DNA from: Lama guanicoe
Lineage: Eukaryota
Reading direction: 5' to 3'
Length of the DNA stretch: 64,000 bases
Assembly: GCA_013239625.1 (NCBI GenBank)
Contig: MU054220.1
Coordinates: 1,789,509-1,853,508 of the forward strand
The notes beneath the pieces are model-generated. The model searched no databases and was not told the origin of the DNA. It saw only the letters and a program-made list of their open reading frames with translations. The position numbers and the translations under genes are program-made. Every line of letters begins with the position of its first letter. The stretch's first letter is position 1. Shown here piece by piece: positions 1 through 13,900 of the stretch.

Positions 1-1877
1 AAAGGAAGGCGTTAGTTTTAACGGTCAAAACCAACTCGAAGGCCCCTCTGCTGGCCTGGGCTGCCTGCCCACACCCTCGGCCCAGGGCAGCGCTTGTAGG
101 ACACTGTGCCCCAGAGGCCCCCCTCAGCCCATCAGCTCTCTACCCTTCCATGCATCCTCCTCCGGCGCAGAGGGCTGGCACGGGCACAAAGCTCCCCTCA
201 GACTGTCCTTGGGGAGGGAGGTGTTGGCATCTTCCTTGAAACAGGATCCAGGCTCTCCCAAGAAGTACGTGGTGACAGTAATGAAAGCTACCGCTTACAG
301 CACCTACTAGGGGTTCTGCGATACTCCCTGTGACCCCACGTCTACTGGCACAGGCCATAGCACCACCCTCGTTTGACAGACGAGGGCACTGAGGCTCAGA
401 AAGTATATTTGTCCGTGAATAATGAAGCTGGGCTGTGAATCCACGTATGTCCTGACACCAAACACCACACTTTTCCCACCTTCACCCCACACTGCAGAAC
501 CCCACCGGGGGTCTCGTGCTTCCTCAACACAAGCTGACTGCTATGTGCTAAATGGTGGACCCCAAGGCTGTTCTCTCATCATCTGTCAGGGCTGGACGTC
601 CTCTCTCCATAGGATCTCCCTTCTGGGGCAAAGCCTTAAACTACAGACCAGCCTGTACGTGCTTTGTAACGGTTAGATGTTAGGTTGGTCCAAAGGGGCT
701 ATACCAAGGTGGGGACCCGGAAGAGGATATCGGGTGTCATTTAACGAGACCTTTTCTTCAGAAGGCGAGGCACCAGGGGAGGCCATGGCCGAGTGGTCAG
801 AAGCCTGCTCCCCAACGGGTGCTGGTACCTTCACAGTCCAGAAAAGTACTTAAGTAAACCCCTCTTTGGGCTGACCCTAAAGTCTTAAGTATGCTATTTA
901 ATATACTCATATTACTAACAGTAAATATACTCCTAGAAGTACACTCCCATCACTCCAAGCTGCCCAGCTGGATTCCTGAAAGGAGAACTAAGATGGCAAG
1001 TGGAGGGAGGAAGGCCCAGGGTCCAGATGTTCACCGCCCCAGAGGATCTGCTGCCTGGCTTGGGGCTGTGGTGCTTTGCCCATCCGGGTCTGGCTCAGAG
1101 CCTCAAGGAGAGGAACCAGTACATCAGGGAAGGGGGAGGGAAGGCACTTGTGTGAAGAGTCGGGACTGGGAACGGACCTGGGATGATGCGCTGGCCTCAG
1201 AAAGGAATTAGCTTAAGGAATGTCCACTGAGAGAAAAAGTAGCGCTGTGTTAGAAGACCAAGAGAGAAAAAAGTCAGCTCCTATGGTGGAGTCACACTGA
1301 GGGAAAGATTATCCTGAAGAGCTCCCCAGTCAAGAGAAGGGGAGTGGGGCCTGTGGAGCAGGGAACGGAGGAGTCGGGACACTCAGAGGAAGGAAAAGAA
1401 TGGGAAGAAGAATCAGCAGGAAAAAAAGGCAAATAAACACACACACTCCGGGTAGGACAGACACAAGCTACTCACACACACACAAGCTGCACGCGCACCA
1501 GCACTGCGCAGGGGCATCAGCCGGTCTAGACTCTCCAAGCGAAACCACCAAGCAGAAGCACACCCTGGGGTAAGGGGAGGCGGACACTGTGCGAAGAAGG
1601 GCCGGGTGAGACGCTCCCACTCACACTGTGCTGCGCCTAACGGACAGGGGCCGCCCGGCCACCAAGGCTCCTTCTCTCTCCCTCCTCCCACACAGGCTCC
1701 CTGCGGTGTCACTGTGCCCTCCCCTTCGGCCGCTCTCTGGGCCAGCTGCTTAGACTCCTTCACTAGCCCAGAGGCCTCTCTCATGCTTACTGGGGAAGCA
1801 CTGGGGACCTGGACACTGATCCTCACTGCAGAGGGCACAACTGGGCGAGAGAGCCTCATGCTGCCGCTCACACCTAC

Positions 1878-1984
1878 CTGGTTGTGCATGAACTTGAGAT
1901 TGATCCCTTCCAGGGTGACCTGCAGCAAGCCACCCTCACCAGTCTTCATGTCCTGCACAGGGAACTCGCCCCCTAGTTCCGGTC
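1878..1984 (-). CDS. MADD: MADD exon 33 ([15 protein letters not shown]...KFMHNQ)
   Basis: ccacag|GA acceptor, CAG|gtaggt donor, 107 nt. Confidence 0.95.
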
Positions 1985-4900
1985 CTGTGGTGAGGGAGGA
2001 GGTGGTCAGCTAACTCAACGGCAGGAGTGGGGGGATCCCAGGCCTGACCTCTGTGTCAGGCCTCCACCACTCGGAAGGGCGGACGGAACCGTGCTCTCTC
2101 ACCCGGCTTGATGCTCTGTTGTCGGGCGGCAGCACGCTCCATGCTGTCCTTCACGCAGTAGTACAGCTCCCGACACTGTGGAACAGGGAGAGAGCCGTCT
2201 TGTCGGATAAGCCCTCCCGAGCCCCCCACCCTCTGCTCTGGCACGGCTGCTGAAGGCCTGGGCCGATGCCAGGACCTCGGAGACAGCTTTACAAGTCCCA
2301 CACAACAGCCAGAGGCAAAAGTGGGGCTCCAGACGTGGAGTGTGGAATGTTAACTTCCCTGCAAGAAACTCAACACTTTTCCCCCAAGGCCCACCCCCAA
2401 TCCGAACTGAGCTCACACGTACCTTCTTAGTATAGAATTTGTTGAGCTGGGTCTCAGAGCCATTCCTACGCCACAAGCACAACACCTTGGTCTTGGGACA
2501 GTAGGTCATGTTAATGAGCTTTTCATACCACCAGCGCTCGTACACGGTCCCAATGTTACTGCGTAACACCACGCAGTCGTCACACACCTGCGGAGGCGCA
2601 CGGGGCAGTCAGAGGCCCTGGTCTCCTTGAGTCTCTCCCACACCAGGCCACATGACATACTATTCCCCACGGGGAAGGATGGCACAGCTGGTCCTCGGAG
2701 CACCCTCAAGGTCAGGTTTTCTGCCTCATACTCAGTCTGTCTTAGGTGGAGACACAAAACTCAAGTGCTGGACATACTGTCCACTAGAAGGTTTACTGAC
2801 AGAGGAGAAGTCACTGAAAGCAACTTGTGGGCAAGGAAGGAAGCTCACTTTGCACTTCAGTCAATGTTTATTACCTCTTACACATCCTGGACTTAAAGCA
2901 CTCAGAGGCTGTCCATGCCTCCACCATACAACCTTAGGAATCATCTCTACTGACAAGCACAAAGGAGGGCATTACGGCAGACTTAACCAAGGGGGAAAAA
3001 TGCAACCAACCCGTCTTCTAATCCTGGCTTGGCCCTAGCTCTGCATGAATCTCTTAAAAAACTAATTACACAAATAACACATGGACAATGCTTACTGCAC
3101 AATGAATTATACAATACAGGTGATACAAACTAAAAGGCCAACGTTCTCCTTCACATCCTCTTCTTGCTCAACATACTCCCTCAGGTGAATGTATCTGTGC
3201 GTATGGCTTGAATTATTGTGGGAGACAGAGCATGATGGTTAAGAGCACAGGTCTAAGATCAGACTGCCTGGGTTTAGATTCCGGCTGTCCCCAAACTTAG
3301 CTGCATCACCTTAAACAAGTTAATCTGTGTCTACGTTTCCTCATGTGTAAGATGAGGATGGTAATATTAGTAGTAACTTCATGGAGTTACGGTTAGATTA
3401 AGTTAATCTGCATAAAATTCTTAGAATAAAGCCAGGCACACAGAAAGTACCCTGGACTTACCTGCTACCAACAACAATATAACCATAAGAAACACAATGA
3501 TAATTTTATTACGACCACGTTGATGATTTTCAAATCTTTCTCTGTCCTCCTGAGTTCTGACCTCTCTCTACCTGGATGTCTCACTGGCAGACCTCAAACT
3601 CATCAAGTCCAAACCTGAACTCCACATCTCCTTCCATGCAGATCCTCCTTCTAAGTCTCCTGTTTGAGTAAACAGCATCACCATCCCCCCAGCTGTCCAA
3701 GCTAGAAATGAAGGAGTGATGCAAGACTCCTTCCTTTCCCTCTAACTACGCCATCGAGTCCCACCCCTTCTATCTCAAATACCCTTGGAACACACCTTCC
3801 TTCCCCCACTCAAGCCATTAACTCCTACTCTTCTTTCAAGTTTAAGTTCAAAAATCACTTCTAAGGGTTGCCCATGACTCCCAGGCCCTCTGCCATGTAT
3901 TCCTATAACACTAGCCCCCCAGACGTCTCTCATAAAACTCATTATACTTTATGACACTGTGTTTTTAATGATCTGACACCCCCCATGGCTTGTCAACCCT
4001 GCAAGAGCAACAGAAACCACTCCCTTATTCACTGCTGCAACTCCAGACCCAGTGGAGTACCTGGCTATAATATGTGCTCCATAAATATTAAGTGAATGAA
4101 TAAGGAATACACAAGACTACCAGTTTTAATCTACTACTTAAACGCTTACTGGGGTTCAAAAGCCTTAGGAAGAAAAGGGCCAAAGCAGCTGAGTAGGAAT
4201 TAGAAGCTTGGGTTCTAGCCCCAGCTGAACTCTGTGGTTCTCTCTGTGTGGAAGCTGAAGACCATTCCACATTGCATAACCCTTTAAGAACGCCATGTGA
4301 AGAAGAGGGACAGGTGTTTAGGAGAGCACACGATTTCCAGGCTAGAGAGCTGATGGTAGAAATGGGTCCTGTTTGCCTGTGCTGCTGGTGGAGGTGTCAA
4401 CTAGTGCAGTCTTTGGGATGGCAACTTGGCAAAATCTGTCAAAGCTGTAAACACATATATATGAGCTTGATTCAGAAATTTCACACTAAGAGTCTGTCCT
4501 ACAGAAATTCTCCTGTGAGTGTGTGAAGATGTATCCTCAAGGATAATAAAATGTCGTTTAAAGGACCAGTTAAATAAACTATGGCACAGCCATATAACAC
4601 CTAATGGTTAGGGCACCATTTAAAAAAACAGACAGATTTCTGTAATATGTAGACATAAAGATGTCTGTGACACATTAAGTCAAAAACACCAAATTACGTA
4701 ACAATATTCGTACTTTGATATCACTTTTTTTAAATGGAGGTACTAGGAACTAAACCCAGGACCTTGTGCATGCTAAGCACACACTCTACCACTGAGCTAT
4801 TACCCACCGCCCCAGATGATTTTTATAAACACTAATTCCATGTAATTAAGCTGTATTTATACAACTACGCATTTTTAAAATCTGACAGGATTCACACCAA

Positions 4901-7900
4901 ATTCCTTACTAGTGGTTACCTCTGAGACATGGCATTGGAAGGAAGTGAAGGGAAACTTCTACTTTTTACTTTACTTATTTATTTAATTTATTTAAGTGGT
5001 TTAAAACTTTTATGGTATATCCTGTTTTACTTTTGTAACTAAAGGCAATAAAGATTTTTTTTTTAAAGTCTTTGCAAACTGTTGATCATGCAGCCAGCAG
5101 GCTGTGCTGAGTAAGGCTAAATCTGATCACCTTACAGTAGCCCAGTGCTGACAAAGTGAGTGAGGTCCACTTGTTTGGCAGTTCAGGGGGAGCATCTATG
5201 AGGTGATGGATCCACCCCACACTTCAGGGGCTTGGTACAGCAGTGACAGTGAGCTCTGTGCTGCAGTGAAATCTCTGGAGTTACTGTGGTTCAGATGTCC
5301 TAAGTTAGCCCTCAGCTCTAAAAGGCACTCAGCCAAATTCTAACACTTGAAGGTGACATGAAAATGACCCTCTTCTCAGCTACATCATCATGTTTGTTTC
5401 TGCCTCAGAGCAGAAACTGCGCCCCATCTTTGATAAACCATCTGTTCAAAAAGCTGTGAATGTGAAAATCAAATTCAACTAAGCCAAAAGGCAACGGAAA
5501 TACTTGTAAAAACTAATTTCACTACTTTATATAGGATTTGTACTTGGTCCCTAAAATTACTTAGAAAGAGATCTATTTTAGAATTAAAAACATGGAAATG
5601 AAGAAAACACAGTCAATTTCCTTCTCAATATTGGAGTAAGAAAGAGTTTTCCAAACTATGACTCAAAATCCAGAAGCCACAAAAGAAAGGGCTAATCAAC
5701 TATATAAAAGTAAAAAAAATTCTGCATGGCAAAAAACACCATAAGCGAAATCAGAAAACTAATGAGTTTTACAGGGGCTAGAGCAGGCTGCCCACATCTG
5801 AACCTAGGATCACGAGGAGAGAGCCGACCACATGAGGCAGCAGGAAGTAACAGCACCACCTATTCTTGCCAAACACTGAATCTGAAACTGACTGAACCTC
5901 TGGACTGAACTGCTAGTTTGTAAAAAATACAAGTGGTAGAGGAACATGTTAAGCAACACTAAGGAGATGCAATCAGCAAAAAATCTAAAGTGTAAGACTC
6001 CCAATTCTTAGATAAACCTGCCCATGTATGAAATGAAGCAGGCACAGCATCATTCAGAGTTGCACTATTAGCAACAGCAAAAATCTGGAAGAAAACCAAG
6101 GGTACATATATACTAACCGGTTAGTAAACTATGGTACAGGCACACAGTGGAATACTATACAGCTGTAAAAAGAAGAAATCTCTCTTTGTACTGATACAGA
6201 AGCTTTCCAGAATATATTTAATGAAAAAAGCAAGGTATAGATCAGTCGATATGATGTGCTACCTTTATGTAAAAACGTAGAAAAGTAAGAATTTATGTTC
6301 ATATTTTATTGTTTTTGCATAGAAAACCACTGGTAGATACAAAGTGGTTTTAAATAAAAGTAGTTACCTACAGGAAGAAGGGGTGAGGTGGATGGGAAAC
6401 TGAGTGGAAGGGGTAAGAATGAGAGCAAGGCTTGCCAACATACAGCATTTTATGTTGTTTTGACTTATGGACAGTGTGACTATATCATCTATTCAATCTA
6501 TATGTAAAAGAAATGATAGGAAATTACCTATTATATTAATCTGTTTGCATAAGAGCCTGACAATTTAATGCTTAAATAGATCATGAAGATGAATGAGTTA
6601 AGTGGGAAAAAATATTCTGGCATCAGTTCTAGGAGTTCGTTATGACTCTGAAATGTTCCTTTGGGCCTCTAGCATGAACCAGCACCTACCTCCATGAAAA
6701 AGATGTCTCCATTTGTGTCTGTCCCCGCATGTACCACAAATGTCTGCTTCTTCATGTGCCGGCTGCCACTGGACCGGATAGAGAGATCACGTCCATTCTG
6801 AGGAGAGAGAGATTTTAGGGACATTCAAACATCCCTCTTACAGAGCACTCTGGGCCAAAACACCCCATTCAGCAATTCAATTCATATCAGCTTCCTTAGA
6901 GTAGTGCCATCTGCTGGCCACTGGCCGCCATGGATGTGTTCTCAATCTTCTTGGTCTCAGGACTCCTTTACCTTTTAAATTTTACTGATGACCTCCAAGA
7001 GCTTATGTTTATGTGAGTTATATTTATAGAAGTTTACCATACTAGAAATTAAAACTGAAAAATTTAAGCATTTATTAATTAATTTTAAAGTAATAAGTAA
7101 TTCATTAATAATCAATCCATTACATGGTAATATAAATAACATATTTTAACTATATCTCCCAGGACAAAATAAAATTTGAAGAGCAGCACTGTTTTACATT
7201 TTTGCAAGTCTTTTTAATGTCTGGCTTAATAAAAAATCGCTGTGTTTTCATTATCTGTTTCTGTATTCAATCTGTTGTGATATGCTGCTTTGGTTGGAGT
7301 ATATTAAAGAAAATCTGACCCCACAAATAGGTATCTGGAAAAGAGAGGAGTATTTTACTAGGCTTTCCAGATAAATATTCATATTCTTCTTTGATACTAC
7401 ACCAGAGTCTCAAGAAGTAGCAGTTTCTCAGTTAGCAGCAATGTGGAATCTGAAAACGTATCAATCAACATTTTGTACTTTGCTACATTAAAATCCATTT
7501 GTCTGCTTTACATTTTGAGTGGGTCTTTTACCCATCCTTGAATTTGTAACATTACACATCCATCATCTGGAAAATACTGGTTCACCAAGTTATGCAGCTC
7601 TTCCAAATGCTAACATGTTTCATTATACAATATAAAAAAAAATCACATTAACATCATCATTAACCTCATTAGAAAAGTCTTTGAATACTGAGAATCTTCA
7701 AGCTCAAAAGTCTGCCAAATATCCAACTCCAAATCATCCTTTCAAGTAAAAATGATGTCCTATGAACAGAGCTGCAGGTTTATCCTGCAACTCAAATTGT
7801 CACAAATTGCTTTTCCTTGAAACGATCACCATACTTCGGTTTGCAGCAGAAATGCTTTATGTATATTCCTCATTTTGTCACATAGAATATTAAAAAGATA

Positions 7901-10900
7901 TATAATCAATGATCAGATTTAATGAAACTGATCATTTTAACTGCCTCATCAAAGACATTCACAAGTGAAACTGGCTTTTTGTTTTATTTTCACCTGACAA
8001 TGTGTGGAGGGGGACATGAGCATGGTTTGGCACCACTGTCTTCAATGTGTTAAAGCACCAGTAGTTTTACCCACCTGAGCTTTTGCACCATTAGTGCAAA
8101 TGTTAACCTGATGAAAAAGACAAATAACGTTTTCATATTATCATGAAAACAGTATTCACCTTGCAGATCCACAGAAGTCTACAGACCACACACACACTGA
8201 AATGGCTGCAATAGGATGGTGTTGGTGCAGAGAATCCTATCACCAAACAGAAGGGCCAAAGCCTCATCTAGAGTCAAAGCCTTATTTTCAGAAAGAGGGA
8301 TTTTGAAAAATATACAAGCTAAGAAATGACCCATGGGGCAGCCTCTGTGTTAGGCCACAAGGTCCACTGCTGGGAGGCTGACCAGTGCAGTGGAAGGGAG
8401 CCGAAGGGATGGCCCAGGTGTGCTCACCAGGTTTGCCAGCTGGTCGAGCACTTCGTTGATTTGCTGGCTGTACACAAGCCCAATGTGGGACTTTCCCATC
8501 AGGCGCCTCACCTTCTTCCGGATGTCATTCTTATTTACCTGGAAAGCCAAAACAGGATCTTAGTAACTTTCCTACTATCTAAGAGAAGTAGAATTCTAAA
8601 ACACCACATCACTGAGGCTAGGAGAAAACATTCAGCTGTGTGTTCTGCCAAGTCTGGGAAGAAAAACCCTGGCTCTGTCTCCCTTTGACTTCTGCACAAA
8701 AGCGGCTCTTAAAGCAGTTCTGATTTAAGTGGATGGGGACTCAAAGGGTCATATCTTCCCTCCCCTCAACCAGTACCATAACATTCGCCCCTAAAGCTCC
8801 TGGGGCTCCTCAGAGTGTAATTCCAGACAGTAATGAATTAGAGTAGAAACGTTCTAGACTCAGCTGTTGCCGAGACAACTCCTAGGCTCAAAGATCACCA
8901 CCCTTTCCCAATCAGAGTTAACTGGTACCTCCGGAGTTAGAGTAGAGTGACCCTTAAACAGAAAACGAAATAAACCAAGAGGGTCTGCAGGGCATTCTCT
9001 GCATTTGATGAATGAGTTCCTTCACATTTAGAGAGGCTGAGAGAACGGGAGGAGGAGAAGCCCAGGAGCTCATTCTTAGAACATCCCCCTTCTACCCACC
9101 AAGCCCTTTTCAGAGGACACTTCTATTTGGTAACATAGATGTTCCACAGCTGTAAAAACCAACTATAACCAAGTCAAACCAGAAAGCACCATTACTTTTT
9201 AATGGGTAGCTCTTTTACATCTAGGAAAAGGCTATATGATAAAAGACTAGTGCTAAAAAATGAATTCTGAGCATCTGTTCTAAGGGTTCAGAACCTACAA
9301 CTTCAAACAATTTTTAAAAAAATTCATTGTATTCTGTGGGGAGTTCTATAGGCATTCTAAAACTATTTAGCAAAGGAAGCCCCACTCAAAATTCAAAACA
9401 GACAAATGGCATGCAACCACTGGTCATCTTCACAACATCCCTTAGCACAGCAGCCTGGCAGCGGCAGATAAACAGATCATGTGTGAGCAGCAGAGAAGCC
9501 TCAGACTTTCAAGGAGGAAGAGAGCCCTAGTAAGACACCCGGACAGCTTCCCAGTGGCCCCTGAATCTGGGCAACAGGAACAAGCCGTGCCGTCCGGCAT
9601 CAGCAGTAGCTGGGCATAAGCAAAACTGGTATTACCTTCATCAGCAGCATGTAGGAGACGAGGTTGTGCAAGAGTGTGGCCAGCAAACGATCTTCATCAT
9701 CCTCTAGGCGCTTCCGGTCATGCTCTCCCAGGGACAGGTACCTGAGCAGAAGACCAGGACAAGTCAGCCTCCGGGGGGAGAACACAGAATTAACTGGGAA
9801 GGGGCTGAATTTGCATTTTCCCAAGGGCTTCTAAGCCTCATACCTGTCTATCATTTCCTGAGGGCCCTGGTCCATACCCATCCCTTCTCTCTCCAACATC
9901 ACAGCATCTAAGAACGCATCTTCCCAGAACTGCATTTGGTCCCACAAAGTAGAACGCTCTTTGCCTGTGTAGAATAGAGTTTTTTAGGGGCTTATGTAAA
10001 CACCCAAAGAATATGGTTGCCAAAGCAAAACAGAGTGAACTCCAGATAAAAGGGAGTCATTACAAATTCCAGGGCATAGGAAACATGAGCCTCCCCACCT
10101 CAGATCTAACATTCCTGCCACCAGCCCCAGCTGCCTCCAAGTGAGGCCCAGTCCCTCCCAAAGAGGAGGGATGAACACAGCACACAAAGAAAGGTGGTTA
10201 CTTATAGAAAAGGTCTCCATAGCAGCATCCTCTAACTGGTCCCACATCGATCCTTTGTCCCTTCCTGCCAATTTGTGAGCAGGAAGGACCGTGGTAGCAA
10301 GAAAAGTAAAAGAAAGGAAGACAGAAAGACAGAAGCTGTTGATTAATACCAAACTCCAGTCTCTCCTAGTTTTTACCCATTGCATTTTCCAGACCCAGTC
10401 AGTCTCCTGCTTCAGATATAAAACTGCCCTCTCACATCAGCAATGACATCAGCAAAAAGCCAAGGGGCTGCTTGTTTGGTGCCACCCTCTTCCCCAGCTG
10501 AGTCCAGCTTCCTTCCAGTGCAAGGGGCCTTCCCAGTCTGTTTCTCACCTAAGAGTCCTTCGTAGAGATAGACTCGCTGGCTTACATCTTCAGAAGAGCG
10601 AACTGGGCTGCCCACCAGCTTCTCCTTTACACTTGGCTTCAAGCTGTGGGCTTTACCCTAGAAAGAAGAGGCAATAGGTCAGCTGCCCAAGGTACCAGTG
10701 AACAGGGGCAAAGTAAACCAAGCAGCTCATTAAGAGGCTCACACACCAGTCACCATCATTAGCCACACATATTCCAGCAGCCCCGCCTATGCTTCTCTGC
10801 TTGCCTCAAGGATTTGACCAGAAGTCAATCTGCTCTCTGTTACTGCCTCCCAAAAAATGCAATCATGTTTTCATTTTTACTTATCTTTACCCTTTAGTCT

Positions 10901-13900
10901 AGATAAGATTCTTTGGTCTTAATAAAAAATTAGGCAACTTCTCTATAGCAGCATGGTGCAGTAAAAAGAACACTGGGTTTGAAATTAGACTGACCAAGTT
11001 TCAGATTCCTGCCTCTTACTGTGCGATCTTAGGTACAAAACTTAGTTCTCTGAGACTCATTTTCCTCACCTGTAAAAGGAAGGTTATAACACCTGCCCCA
11101 TAAGCCATTCCAGGGATTAAATGAGAAAATACATAAAAGCACTTAACAGCGTCCGGCACATGGCTGGTATTTGATAAATGTTAATTTCTTTTCTCCTACC
11201 ATCTCTTATAAATATCTTCCCACATAGATATACCACTAACTTTATCTGCCACTAATTAGATATTATACAGTATTATTATTATATATTATTAGATATTAGA
11301 CGATTAGATAGGTATTAGACAATATTAGACTTTCTATTCAGTCAGAAGAGATTTTCAGCGGGGTAAGAGGTAGTTTTCATGCCCACATCACAACACATGC
11401 AATAGCATAAGCAGAGAAGCAACTGATCAAAAGTTATTAGGCAATACCTACTTAGTGTGTCTAAATGCCAGTTTCCTGGTTCACAGACCAACCCCTTGTT
11501 CAATGAACCATATTAACTTAATATAACTTATTTCTTGCTAAAATAGCCTTTTTTGAGCCAAGAAATTTAGGTAACTGCTGTCAGCAACTCAACTGTACAA
11601 AGAGCCCTTTCTCAGAAGCACAGGACAAATCAGAATCTGTCCCAGGAAGGTGGCAGGAAAGGTAGCACACAGATCAATGGCTTCTTGCATGACTGCTACT
11701 CCATAACATGGATCTTAACCTCCAGAATGGAAGCACACCAGATGGATTTAAAGTTCTCTTAGTAAAGGCTCTGTTTAGACTCAGGAAGAGTTAAAATCCA
11801 TTAGCTTGAATGGCTCTGCTGACTCTCAATCCTATTCCCTACCTTCACTCTGGGATGTCACCTGCTCTATTAGAAACACATATATAGAAGGTCCTGGGGG
11901 TGGGAATGATCACCAGTGTTACATAATTTATTTCATTTAAATTTCATCTTCCATTCTCCCCATAGACCAAAGATGAGGACCTATGAGCTCCTGTAAAGAT
12001 TATCCATTCTTATCTCTGCCTAACGAAGTAGCGAGTGTATCAGAATGCTTAATGCTGCCTAAAGATGCATGTACACGCTGGAGGGCAGCATGTCTAAAGA
12101 CAGGGACTGAAGAGAATTAACTTAATTACAACTGATCACTGGCTTATTGTATAACCTAGGGCAAGATCTTTTTTTCCTAAGGCTTTGTTTCCCTCACCTG
12201 TCAGAAGAGATCAGTTGTAGCCGAATATACTGAATTGCAAACTTCTTGAGAATGGGAATCATGCCTTATCATCCTTGTTTCTTTAGTACAGAATCTGGCA
12301 TTTAGTAAATCATTTAGTATTAATGAAGGAGAGCTTCAAATAACTGTTAGGAATACACCAAAATAAAGCAGTGACCAGAATAAAACTAGACTAGCCCATA
12401 AAAATAGGTAGGCTGGTACAAAGAGAGATGTAACTGCCCTGACATTGCCACAAAGGCATCACTTTGTTTACTTTAAACACAGGGGTTATTGCCACATAGG
12501 AGTCGAAGCCTTCATCTGACTGGGCAGGGAGCCCAACTCATCAATGATTCAGGAGAGAGTTCTAAAAGTCCCAGATCATGGAGTCAAATGACTCTGAAGA
12601 AAGCTAATTTAAGAAACATTTTCTTTAAAGCCAAATATATGAGGGTTATCCATTCCTTCCTTCCTCTTTTCCTTCTAATTCCCTCCTAACTTTTCATCCT
12701 TTTCTAACCCATCCCCATCCCAATTAAAAAATTCTTTTGTTAGTAAACGAAGCTTACAAAGATGGCGCTGGTGGCAGAGTTGGTTTCAATTTCACTATCA
12801 GACAAAGTGCCCCGAGAGCCCGCCAAGTGGGCGCCGCCCTCACCGCCTGGTCCATCACCTGCGTTGCTGCTCAGGTCACTGTCCGCCCCAAGGGTCTCTC
12901 CAGAGCTATTGCTCACCTGGAAAGGAAAAAAGGTAGTAAAGGATACTACCCAGGGATGCGCCCCAGAAATGCCAAGCTGTTAGAGGTCTCTGCTGCCATT
13001 AAAAAAGTATTCAACTTCAAAGGTATGTCAGAGGCCTCTGGAAGTACCTTCTTTACAAGACGAGAAGGCCTGGGTGAAATCTCAGGGTGTGATCCCACGT
13101 ACAAAGACCTATGACAGTAAACATCTCCACCATGCGAACCAAGCTGACCTGAGACTAAGAACAGCCTCTGAAGGAGAAAGTAGCCCCCTTCTCCAAAGGG
13201 GAACCCACATCCCACCCACCAAGATGCCAGCGTGGTGTTCCCCTACCACGGTGCTAACTTCAGAGTCCTGACTTGAGCTTCGGATCATAACAGCTGGACT
13301 CACACCGATGACAGAGTCTGGATCAGTCCTCTGAAACAAGACACATTAGGGAGGTGTCCAATCTACTCTGTTTCCCTAAGGAATACTGTATCTTCTTCCT
13401 TTTCCCCGTTTCCACCCTCCTGTTATCATCCCTAGACAGGTCATGAAAAATTCAGTTTTTTCCTGAATATAAAATATATATGACTTACAAATAAGAAAAA
13501 TAATGAATGTTAAAGAAATACATGCTCGCTACAGAAAATGTATGAATAAGGAAATAAAAAAAACCCATAAATTTCCTACCTACATCAATCATTGTTAACT
13601 CTTTACCATATTTCCTTTCAGTCTTTTCTCTATACATTTTAAAAATAAAATTTGCATTATACTGTATATAGCTTTGTAAACATTTCCCCACATAACTAAA
13701 TTCTTTGAAAATAGTCATTTATGGATAATGATATTGTATTACATGGATATTTTACACTTATTTCATCATTCTTTTATTGTTATTGTTTCAAGGTTGTCAC
13801 TTTGTTTTGTTTTTATCTTAAAGAAGTATTGTGAGAGAGCAAATTTGATGCTTGCAATTCTCAACAAGGTTGTCACAAACCTGGGAACCAGATGTCAGGC

